Source: Octopus sinensis
Taxonomy: Eukaryota
DNA: 64,000 bases
Direction of reading: 5' to 3'
NCBI RefSeq assembly: GCF_006345805.1
Contig: NC_042998.1
Location: 16,802,001-16,866,000 of the forward strand
Within the stretch, counting starts at the first letter, position 1, and the number at the start of each line of letters is the position of its first letter. Position numbers and translations under genes: made by a program. This document shows positions 52,900 through 64,000 of the stretch, one piece after another. Below the pieces are notes generated by a model. That model searched no databases. It was given only the letters and a program-made list of their open reading frames with translations, and was not told the DNA's origin.

Positions 52900-54093
52900 A
52901 AATTTTACTAGGCCTTGACAGATATAATTATATAGATTGAGAAAGTCAAATCAATGGGGATGAATGATTTCCATCTAGAATTCTTCAACATAATAGCTGA
53001 TATATTTGCATATATCTGTCTGTTAGTTTGAGCAGAAAAGTACCATAAGAGTGAGCTATGCTGTTTTTCAAATCTTGAGGAGGCTTGCTTTCCACTTTCT
53101 ATGATTAGGTAGGTCAATATGCTTGCAAAGTATCCAGTGGACAAGCAGTGCAGCTCTTTTATGCTTACTGGGGATGCAAGAAGGTCACACATGGAGACAC
53201 TGTGATCGATGGCTTCGGGCTGTTTTTTACACTCTAGTCAATTTGGGGTGCTGTCGATTTTTAAGATGTTGGCCCGATAATTTCTAGTTGGTAGGCATTA
53301 ATCTTTGACTGTTATGAAAAGTTATGAAGGCTAACCATTGATGAGTAAGATTGAGCGTCAGCATTAATAGCTATCTCTTAGTATATATCACTTAAGGGAT
53401 TTACTGCCATTCGCCTGTAAGTTTACCTGAGGCCGCGTTATTAATAAGGGTTTTCATATGTTTAGCTATTTCAGCGCTTGTACATAGTTCATCTAATTCT
53501 AGATTTTCTTCTTTGGAATTTCAAAAACAATTGAATATAAATGTCAAATTAGAGTTTAGGCCAATCATGGTAATTTTCAATGATAATTCATGTTGCGGGG
53601 GCGCATGGTCTCCGTTTCGTCGTTATAAATAGTCGTTATAAATAGTCTTTCGATGTCTACTTTAAGGTCTCAAAAATTCGAATGTTTTCACCAGTTAATT
53701 ATATTGAAGCTCTAAGTTACGACGGTATTAATTGCAACTATTAATTGCAACTATCCTCTTTCTAGCGTTTAACACTCTCTTTAGTATTGCATTTACCTTG
53801 CGAAAACTTTTACTTCTGATCACTTTTCCCCTTGCTGGGAGTTCTATTCCATCGCCTTCATATACCCCATTCATATACAACAAAGAACCTTTCTTTGCCT
53901 CTAAGTCCTTGATAGGATTTTGCTGATCAAGTTCAACGGTATCAGTTTGCGACGGTTTCCATTTGATGAAAGTGGCCTTTGTAAATTTATCAAAGTCAAA
54001 TTCCAACCTAAAATCATCACTAAACAATTTTACAACAGATAGTAGGGCAGTTAGCTGCTGGTCCTTTTTTGTCAATACTTTTAAATGATCCAC
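52900..54093 (-). mobile_element. Decayed R4/Dong-type (RLE) non-LTR retrotransposon, 3' half
   Basis: DHLKVLTKKDQQLTALLSVVKLFSDDFRLEFDFDKFTKATF..GVYEGDGI..ILKRVLNARKRIVAIN matches the YMDDLKL..FSDDIGMEFGLDKC..NKI.AIN pattern. Downstream C.LLA..VHWILCK-like trace. Confidence 0.75.
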
Positions 54094-54126
54094 GTGAGTG
54101 TGTGTGTGTGTATGTGTTTACGTGCG

Positions 54127-54168
<42 letters not shown>

Positions 54169-54334
54169 AAATATATTTATACATCCACTATGGAAGCGGG
54201 TTGGTGAAAATTCAACGGTGAAAAATAAAACAGCGCTTCAACTCTGTGCGAGTAGATGTGTGTATGTGTGCGCGTCTTGGGAAAGTCTCATCTCCCTTCA
54301 CCTTTAAGCCTCCATATGATGTGCTTCTCGTGCC

Positions 54335-54580
54335 TTCGCTGATCTTGAGAAAGTGTCTTCTACCTTCTGTGTTGAGACTCAATTTTATGTGCTGCAACAA
54401 GCCTTTGCTGATCTTGAGAAAGTCTCATCTCTCTTCTGTCTTGGGACTACATGAGAAGTGCTGCAGCATGCTTTTGCTGATGTTGAGAAAGTATCTTCTT
54501 TCTTGAAAATGTATTTGACGTCCTGCATCAGTGTTTGCTGATGTTGAGAAATTCACTTGTCCTTCATCTCTTGAGAATCT
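54335..54580. repeat. Degenerate ~65-70-bp-period repeat with core GCTGAT(C/G)TTGAGAAAGT
   Basis: The core recurs 4-5 times. Confidence 0.7.
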
Positions 54581-55839
54581 CGCATTCGGTTTAATGCACG
54601 CCTTGCTTTGGAGGTGTTTCTGGAGAAATTACGTTTTTCCTTTCGTTGCATATTTTTTTCAATATTTTAGAGCAAATTATGCACATATGAAATATATACA
54701 TACATTAATATCTATTTTTGTAAGCAGTTGTGCCTATGCTGTGTATCTATACTTTTGTATGCAGTGTACATTAAACAAATATAAGCAAATTGTAAATAAC
54801 TTGCAACCTTGGAGCTTCTACGATAATTATCAACTGTTAATGGAACGGTAGATGTACATCTTTATATATCATGAACGTTCCAAGTAATAGTATTTTTTCA
54901 AGAGTTTGTGTAGATGCATGGGTATGTCTAACAACGTAGGTGACGGGTGCGCAAATAAACACACACTCACAGACACCAACACATTTATATACAAAATGTG
55001 ACGATACGCACACATACACTCTCATATACAGACACATATATATATATATTAGGAGAGACACATATATGCATTCACGCATGTCAGACGTCACAAGTGTATA
55101 TGTATGTGCAAATGCTTGTATGTTTAAATGTTTGTGTACTGGATATTAATAGTTATAGCCAAACATTCGTCCTATATTTCTGGACTGCCATATTAGCTTA
55201 GTCATAACTATTAATATCCAGTACCGCAGCCGTAGTCTCCTTTAGAGAGACTTAGAAATATAAATATTTCTATTTTTGAAAACCATTGGATGTATTCCAC
55301 GGAATTTAGGTAAATAATCCTTCGAACAGACGGTCAGTAGCGACGCATACTGCGTTCGGCTGCTCTACATTGATAAGGAGCAAATACCCTGAAACTAGTC
55401 TGCAGCTGCCTGACCAGCAAGGGGAAGCAGCTGACCTCTCCTGTTCGAAGTGTATAATGGATATAGGTTCGTGTGTCACATAGCTAGCTAGAGGCGATGG
55501 CATCTTGGAGCTAAACAACGGCAGCATTCGTCCTATCTTTCTGGACTGACATACTAGCTTGGCGATAACTATTTATATACTTTTAAGAATGAATTACAGA
55601 AATTTTGTGGCATGATTTAAGGATATAATATATAGACGTAATATGAGGCTGCATTTTTTTAAAGAGAAAATAGTGATACCAATCTACATTCCATGAATAC
55701 AATGCTTCAAATAGGTGCCTATCAGAAAAAGTACGAAGCTGGAAAGTAGTTACAGTCTTCCTCTGTGAACTGTGTTGTTTTTTTTTTCCCTGTTGAAGAG
55801 CTAACCGTCGACTGCTTCATTTGAGAAAAAGCAGCAGCA

Positions 55840-56290
55840 TACCTTTCGATTACAACTACGTCAGCGGAGTATATGCGGACATGTCACTCCCTACTCCATT
55901 AAAGAAGCTCTGGAATAATTTTCGAAATCATGAAAGCATGTTATCAAGAAAACACGTACGGGGGAACACCTCTACCTAACCTCTACCTGAACAGTGAGTT
56001 TCTGCTGAGTGTGCCGCGAGACATGGCAGGTAACCCTATACGAAATTACCTTGTTGAGTCAAGACGTATTGGAAGAGTGCATCAAACATTCAGTTTTGCA
56101 TGGGAGAACTGTATGGAGTGACTCTGTGAAACATACTCCTACAAATACCAAACTTCTACATGTAGCATTGGGGGACACCGCGGAGTTTGTGAATTCTTAG
56201 GGAGGGACATGATTGCACCCCAAGAGGAATGCTCTGAGCCTTGCATTAAACGAGGAAATAAGCGTTGTATTTGCACATATATATCGTCGA
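55840..56290 (+). mobile_element. Merlin / IS1595-like DDE transposase remnant
   Basis: Across frameshifts: GIIFEI/xESMLSRKHVRG..VCRETWQVTLYEI..DVLEECIKHSVLHGRTVWSD..H..EFVNS, matching G.IVEIDES..RKY.RG..GICRET..TL..I...V.PGT.I.SD..H..FVDP. Confidence 0.6.
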
Positions 56291-56994
56291 CTCTCATCTG
56301 AAATAAATGAAAATTTTGAACTCCGAAAAGTTGTTCGAGAGCATATAACAAGTTCATTTGTTTTCTTTAATTGTATATTTTCTTTACTTCTTTCCTTTAA
56401 TTTTATCATTGTATTTCATACTATCATATTCCACTTTTTAAATATATTTTCACTAAATTCTCTTTATTTAAAATTTAACTCCGTAATCCGTTATTTTATT
56501 TATTGAAAAATGATTTCGTAATTTTTTTTTCCTGACCAACGGATGTGAATAGCGGCTTCAGGTATGTCAATAATGGGGGCGTCTGAACGTCTGAAACTTC
56601 GTACATTCATAAAGTATGAATTTGTATATTATCAATTTGTGTGAACATTGAATGCGATTCCCATCAATAACATTACAAACTACCTGAATTTAGAAAAGTG
56701 GAAAAAATTGTCAGGGCGAAGAAAGTCGAATTACATTTCCTCTCTTCGAATCTTATACTTGAAGCATCAGAGAATGGCTGTTCTGTGTATAACAGAATAC
56801 AAAGGACAGAAAATGATCTAAGAGCGGCCTCTCCCAATACTTGAAAGGTTTGTTTTAGCCGAATTCATTTTATAGGGACAGATTTTGACAGCATTTCGCT
56901 TTCAAAAACTTTTCAAAATATTGCCATGATACAAAACTAAATAATTATTTGAAATTACATGGCCAGCTATTTTAAGGAAAGGTGCAAGTTGAAT

Positions 56995-57195
56995 ATATCG
57001 GCTCCACTACTTGAGTGGTACTTTATCCCATCGACCCGAAAATGATGAATGGTAAAAATGGACCTTGGCAATAAATGGCGGTACTTGAATTTTGACATCA
57101 GCAATACTTGAGTTCTAGCAGTATTTGAATGTTGAAACGAAAGAAATGCTACTAAGCATTTTGTTGGACATTATAGCGTTCCTGCCAGCTTCTAG
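56995..57195 (-). mobile_element. Diverged SINE family B-like copy
   Basis: ggtactttat..tcgacccgaaaatgatgaatggtaaa..gacct and taagcatt..gcgttcctgccagct. Confidence 0.5.
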
Positions 57196-58088
57196 CCTTT
57201 TATGAGATATAACAATACAGTAGTAAATGTGTTGAGATTCACAAAACTAGACATACATTCCACAGGGGAATAAACTTCAAAAATTATATAATGAATAATT
57301 TATGGAACATTTAATAGAATAACGAAATATTGTGAACAGTCGACCAAATAAACTTACACATAGCGTTAACTGAGAAAATTCGCACGTCATGATATTATTT
57401 GTGTTAAATCTAATCTTGCACCTGTTGTTTCATATAATGAAATTTTGAGGTTTAATAAATTCACCTCTCCCTTCTATTAAGACTAGTGGGGAGAATTTTG
57501 TAAAACGAAGCAATTCTTTTGGTCAAAGGTTCTAATACAATGAGAGCAAGAAATATATAAAATACATATGTAGTATGAAAAGGATGCTGGGATTATCTAA
57601 TTATCTTCAAAATGGCAGCTAGAAGAGATATTAGAATAAACCTAGGGAGAAATTCTCATGATATTAAATTTGGAAAGATAGGATCTTGAATCTTCAAAAA
57701 CGGAAACTCCGCCAATGCTCAAGTCGACAGAGCAGGGCAAAGAAATATGTAGGTGACGATAAGGGTTATTTGGCATTATCTTGATTCACGTCATATTATC
57801 AATTATGTATCGATAGCGTTATGGTCAACCGAGGTTAATAATAGTTTGCAGACACTTTATGAGCGCGTTATGAGTGTAAGGGTAGCTTTGAGATAAGCGT
57901 CTAAGGAATAAAAGTATCCATTATTCTGCCGGCATAATTACTTACGTTAATCCTGGACATATATATGCAAGGATATCATGCTCATCGCTTAAAGGTAATG
58001 ACAAAGATAAACATTAGTTTATCAGGAACCAAATTTAAAATAAACAAGAAATGGAGATGGTATACACACACACACACACACAGACAGA

Positions 58089-58527
58089 GGATCTTTTCGG
58101 TTTGAACGGCAGTTTCTAGCATAATTTCTAGGTAACTAAAAAAATTTAAACTTCGTATACTGTTAGAATGTGTTTGTAAAACACCTTTTTCTCTTGGTTT
58201 TATTGAGACAATTCTATACTTTGTAAGATATTTGTTGTTTTTTTTCTTCAATTTCTGCAATTTCAACCAATCACTGACGTCTATTGAGTTAAAAAGCATT
58301 GTGTGCCGTATGAATATGTCCCTCGTTTTATAAACAGATTGGGTTTATTTAGATTTGTGAAGAAAAAATATACCCTTCCCCACCCCTTACCCTTACCCTA
58401 ACTAGCCCTAACTAACCCTCACCCTAAAATAGATTGAAAAGCAATAGATCGATGCTATGGTCATAATTATGGGTGACAATTTCATATGACACCGCTAGAA
58501 AAACTGCCGTTCAAACCGAAAAGATCC
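58089..58527. mobile_element. MITE with ~25-30-bp TIRs starting GG, same family as 31289-32135
   Basis: GGATCTTTTCGGTTTGAACGGCAGTTT / AAACTGCCGTTCAAACCGAAAAGATCC. The internal sequence matches one arm of the 31-kb element. No TSD evident. Confidence 0.88.
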
Positions 58528-59265
58528 CCCACACACTCATATATATATATAAAGAGAGAAAGAGATACTTTTCCTTCCTGACACCATTAGAAAGTTTGAC
58601 GTCGGTGTTGAATATGCATTCCTTACTATGCCTGAGTCTTATTTATAGATAATTCACTCATCTACGCCTTATTGTGATGTCATTTGAGTGGATTTTATTG
58701 ACGGTCATTTTATCAATTATACCTACACGAGTTTTCTAAAGCAAGTATATCAAAATCTTTTAAGTTTCATAATACATTTAAAGTTGTATTCGTTACTATA
58801 CCTCTCTACTTGAGGTTGTATATACATGGTGTGAAAAAGACCGCTGGTTGTCTTAGTCCAAATTTTGTTTTCAGGTTCATTCTCCTTAGCATTTGAACAA
58901 TATATGAAGAGAGAGGATATATCTTTGGTATCATCCATTCTTCTAAGGATATTTTTTCTGCAGTTCGCTTCTTTATTTCTAGAAATTATTTAAGCTTTTA
59001 TCCAGGGAATTTTTCATAAATTTTGTTATTAACTTTGCCAGCTATTTCATGAATTTTCATATCAATATTGCAGGCTATTTCACTGCAGGCTATTTTATAA
59101 ATTGTCTTATTAGACGAGTAAAAAAGCAACCCACCAACCCTTTTGCTTAAGGCATGTTTGATGAAGCTGAGGCAAGTTTGATTAATTTTTTTAGCCCTTA
59201 ACATGGTATTTCACAAAATTTGTCCAACAATTTTTTAACGGTATTATATTTTCTTGAATAACTTA

Positions 59266-59510
59266 AAATAAAAAAATAAATGCGCCCTTTTAAAGCCTAG
59301 CCAGGTTCATGAGCCCGGTTTCCCGGTTTCTATGGCGTATGTGTTCTCCAGCTGGACGGGACGACAGTCCATCGCAGCTGAGCAGACTGGAGCAACGTGA
59401 TATGAAGTGTTTTGCTCAAGAACACAACGCGTCGCCCGGTCCAGGAATCGAAACCACAATCTTGCGATCATGATGCTGACATACTGACCACTAAACCACG
59501 CGCCTCCGCA
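59266..59510 (-). mobile_element. tRNA-derived SINE (family D-related head) with 13-bp TSD
   Basis: Head GGAGGCGCGTGGTTTAGTGGTC..GGTTTCGATTCC. Shares TGTGTTCTTGAGCAA..CACGTTGCTCCAG with the 46423 copy. TSD CTTGAATAACTTA at 59253-59265 and 59511-59523. Confidence 0.88.
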
Positions 59511-60658
59511 CTTGAATAACTTACCGATTCTATATCCGACAAAATGATAAAAAATATGACTGCATTTTGTTAATTTTGGGTTGGATTAAATACACGAAAA
59601 TAAGCCCTAATACTCTTTGCAACTCTACTTCATATTTCTAATCCTATGATTGCTATAGTACTTAAGCCACACGTTAATATTTTCTGTGGTTTGCTAGCTG
59701 TTATCACCATCATTTCATTTTCTGCTGATTACACACATTACCTTCTAAGGTTTGTACTCTTGTGTTATTTGAAAGTTGATAAACATGAATTTAAAGCTGA
59801 TAATTTGCTTAAATCTTTGGCTTCATTTTTCTAAATTACTTGGAATAATTTATTCCGAAGTTTAGGTTTATTTTCCGATATTGTTATCTAAATGGGTCAC
59901 AAATTTGTATGTTGGGGAATTTATTCGCGATACGTTACTTTGGTGAGGTTTCTTATTCGTTGTTTTTTTACAAATTCTTATATATATATATAAGCGAGCC
60001 ACACGGATTTTATAAGTTATTCTTAAATGTATGGTTATCTACGGAATTACCTTATCTTGTAAATACCTTGTACTGCGATTGTGACTCGTTAAAATTTAGC
60101 TTCTGTCATTGTTAATTTTTGCAATAGGAGAACATCATACTTTTATTACCGGTACAATGGTACATAATCGGTATTGCGTTCAGCAAAATTCTTAACGGCA
60201 TTTCTACCGCCTTGTTATGTTCCAAGTTCAAATTGATTTTAACATTTGTCCTTTCGGTTGCGATTAATACGATTTTAGCAGTGGGATTGAATCAATTATT
60301 TTATTACACTTAAGTCTCTGACCTCGTATTAAAATGTGGAACACTTAACAATTCTTCGTCCTAAGAATATTTATTTTTGATATATCTATCTCGGACAAAT
60401 TATTGGTTTAGAGTTTTGACACAAGTTTTTTCAGGCGGGGAAGTAATCGATAAAACCCACCATTGGACATAGCTGCTCCTTATTTTTATCAACTCCGAAT
60501 GAGTGAAATGCAATGTCGCCTACGGCAAGAATGATATGAAAGTTTGTACGTAAGATTTATAATTTTTTTTGTAATCGCAATTAAGTAATAGATATAAATT
60601 ATACTCATGGTTTTTAAAATCTTCGCCATTTCATTGAAGTCGATAGTTAATTCTGAGA

Positions 60659-60730
<72 letters not shown>

Positions 60731-61489
60731 ATGTGGTGTGTGTGTGTGTGTATTTAATGTTCAACTGCATAGTGCTTTATTTGTGATAACTTCAATTCCA
60801 CACTATTTATATTAAAAGGCTTACTCTTTCGAAATCCATTTCCAATTTTTATACATTGCTCCATTGTATTTTCGGATTTTTAAAGCATCGGTTACATGTA
60901 AATATGGTTTGTTTTACGGTGGCGGCCTTACAAACAAGTTTCTTAGCTTCTTCTTTTTCTTTGGTTGCAAATCTTATTTGCTGGTTGTGTATGGTACATT
61001 GATTTGAAACTTTCTTACTCAAATATTCGCGGTCCTCAGTTGATTTTATTTGTTATATGATCTTTCTTTCGTTTTGGTTTAGTTCATGCATGTTATATAG
61101 AATCTGTCAATATCTAATAATGTATTTTATTGTCACTTAAATTAATTTTCTCAAGTTGGTTACTTTGTTAGCTTTGATTCGGGGATCGTAGTTAGAACAA
61201 ATTAACGTAACATAGCATTGGAATCAACCTAACAAAATTATAAATGTAGACAAAAAAAGAGAGAAACTGGAATGTGTATGAAATAATCAATAAACCGAAA
61301 AGTAAGATATAACACCCGAAGAGCCCCCTGGCATGAAACTTGACATTAGAAATGTTTCAGCCTACATAATATAATACGGGTAAAAAGAACTGGTGTTCTC
61401 ATCTGCAAACTAACTGGAACATATGCGTGTGCGCTAAAATATGTACTGACGTATATATATATATATATATATATATGTATTGCTTTTAT

Positions 61490-61782
61490 TTGTATTGCTT
61501 TTACGACCTGTTCTTGTCACATTTTTTTCTTTCCTTGTTTTTACCCCTCTACAAAGGAATGTTATTTAATTCATTTGCAGGAAGGACTAGTTTGACGGGT
61601 CGTGTTCTGTCCTTACCTTCGAAACACGCATTGAGTCGAACCAGGGACAACTGATGAAGGGTTATATTCCTTGTATTCTTTGTCTTGTACTCTGTTTTTT
61701 CGTTGTTAAAAAAGTCCGTTTCCGAGTTTGTTTTTATGTTTTCGTTTCTCGTTGAGTTCGTTCATTTGTGGTGTCCTGTACT

Positions 61783-61790
<8 letters not shown>
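61490..61790 (+). mobile_element. Diverged relative of the 3' part of the 860-bp unit, with hammerhead-like core
   Basis: ttacccctct...ccttcGAAAC...CTGATGAaggg...tggtgtcctgtac occur in the same order as in the tandem unit. Flanked by microsatellites. Confidence 0.6.
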
Positions 61791-61835
<45 letters not shown>

Positions 61836-62252
61836 GCTTTACTGACTATACTTGTATACGACACACTCATTTCAATGGGCTACCATAAAATGCAATAAAA
61901 TTATATAACATATATCTCCTCTCTCTCGAGAGAGAGAGAAACAGAGACAGAGACATATGTATCTGTGCGCTTGTTTGTGTGTGCATCTGTGTGTATGTGC
62001 GTGTTTGAGAGTGTGCGTTTTGTGCCATTGTGTATCTACGTGGGTTTATAAATATTTATTTCTGTATATGCTTATCTGCATGGATCAAAATAGACTTTTG
62101 TACGTTTACAAATGTATTTGCGTATACAGAATTACTGTTTACGTGATTAGGTATAATATCAATGCATGCATAGATAAATATAACGTGGTGTGTCTCTGTA
62201 TATTTATGCTTTATGCGTATGTGTGCGTGCACGGGTGTATATGAGTGCTTGT

Positions 62253-62319
<67 letters not shown>

Positions 62320-62322
<3 letters not shown>

Positions 62323-63110
62323 ATAGCTGAATTTTACAGAAAAAAATGAAGACAGCTGTATAAGCAACAACCAGGTGTATTAGTTTGACACTGGGGAAGG
62401 TAAGGAAGTATTTTGCATTTCGAGCCCACGCTCTTCAACAAAAAGGAGTAAGAGAAAATAAACAGAGAGATAATTAAAAAAACAAACTTGTGTATTGGAT
62501 TTAGCGATCGATCATAGCGACTGTTTGGGAAAACAAAGGTTTGACAAGAGAGGTAGAAATTAAGGGAGCTAATAAAGTATTAATGCCCCCAAAACGATGA
62601 CGCGCGCGCGTGTATGTATGTATGTGAGAATATGCAAGTGTGTATGTGTGGAGTGTCGCTAGTGACTTTGACGTATGTAGATGTGTGCATGTATAAGTGT
62701 GTGCCTATGTAAAATGTGTGGTGTGTGCGGAGTTAGGGTGGGGATGGAGGGCGTATGGATGAAGAGTGAAGGTGGGTATGAGAGAAGATAGAGGAAGATG
62801 TCAGAAGAAGAGAGGAGAGGAGAGGTGGGTAGGAGTGAAGAGGGGAAGTAGTGTCTGAGGAAGAGTGGAAGGTGAAGAGAGGAGAGTTTAGCTCATAGGG
62901 CGCAAAGAAGAGAAGAGATATTAATTCTTGTTCATGGTAAGGGCGCGAGTCGGGATGGCCCCTCTGCTAAGACAATGCGAACACAGGTGTTGTAGTGAAT
63001 GTCCGGTAGAGTGTAAATGCACGAGATCGGGGTCTCATTGCCGAGTCTGATGTCTTGGATGTGCAATGTGATCCGGTCGGCCAAGCGGCGTCCCATTTGA
63101 CCGATGTACA
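62320..63110 (-). mobile_element. 3' end of a Penelope-like element: GIY-YIG remnant (62885-63110), CT-rich tail and family H terminal repeat
   Basis: MYIGQMGRRLADRITLHIQDIRLGNETPIS..GHSL..HEQELISLLFFAPYELNS, then a pyrimidine tract, then a decayed hammerhead (62411-62446) and (TA)n. Confidence 0.8.
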
Positions 63111-64000
63111 TGTGTATGTGAATCTTTTTCCTGTGTGTGTATATCTCTTTGTGTGTTTGTGTGTTTGTTCATGTGTGTTTGTGTGTATGTGTGTGTGTAT
63201 GTATCTATAAGGTAGAAAATGAATCAATTTAAAAGTACAAATAGAATGTATAAGCATGTTTATCTATATTCACATTCAGGCAATTTATTTTTATATCTTT
63301 AAGGTTTACAAGTGTAAGTTTTGTAAAGTGACATGGCGCAATAAAATCTATGACATTTCTGGTCGTAGCTGAATAATTTATCCCTTTTATCATAGAGAGT
63401 ATGTGGCTTTCATCTCCATCATATGATGTACTTGTTGATTGGTTGATGATGATCATGTGGTGAGTAGAGGAGAATGTGTTCAGTTCTATCCAACGACCAT
63501 GTCCGAGGCTATACGGCAGCCGAACGAGAGCTTTATGTCGAAGTCTTAGTTTAATAGAACTTTTAGTCTAATAGATTCTCGTTGACGCCCAAAGTCTCCT
63601 CGGAGATATTGTTGCGGAAGAGTGAGTCTGACAAAAGATACCCATATCTGCTCACTGTCAAAGAAGCTCCCACGAAAGGCGACGGATCCGTCGTCGTAGC
63701 GAACGAGCAATACGGGGGTACTCGCAACGAAAGGGAGCAGGGTTAATATTCAGGAACCCGAACTCGGAGAGTGCCCATCAGTCGGCGGAAACGCGATGCG
63801 CTTCCCATGCGTCCGTCCTCGAAGCTGGCAGCACGGCGGAGTAGAAGCAAGGCAAAGCAGCGGCAATGCAAACGAGCCCTGAGTCGCTGCCGGGAGCCTT
63901 TTGGATGAGTTCTCTCTTCTAAGTAAAGGACTGCGTCCGTGGAATTGACTCGTCCGGTGATACGAATATGGTGCCGTCTTGCCCATTTGATTCCAAGATC

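Overview
AT-rich eukaryotic intergenic/intronic DNA saturated with (TA)n, (CA)n, (GATA)n, (TATG)n and (TTC)n microsatellites. The SINE content looks like an octopus (cephalopod) genome; this is an inference from recalled repeat motifs. There is no intact protein-coding gene, and most supplied ORFs are microsatellite or repeat artefacts. The window holds: several tRNA-derived SINE families (two copies with clear TSDs); decayed Penelope-like elements (RT and GIY-YIG remnants); RTE, R4/Dong and CR1-like LINE fragments; mariner/Tc1 deletion derivatives; Helitron pieces; a Merlin-like transposase remnant and GG-terminal MITEs (one with an 8-bp TSD); a tRNA-Asp pseudogene; long foldback palindromes; an ~860-bp triple tandem; and two candidate small exons. 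The most striking hidden layer is more than a dozen hammerhead-ribozyme-like motifs of several families (CUGANGA...GAAAC-palindrome-NUH). They sit in Penelope-type terminal repeats that abut (TA)n tracts and include a CUGUNGA core variant, long-stem-II forms, a tandem pair 251 nt apart and a permuted form in the triple tandem. All coordinates and alignments were read by eye.
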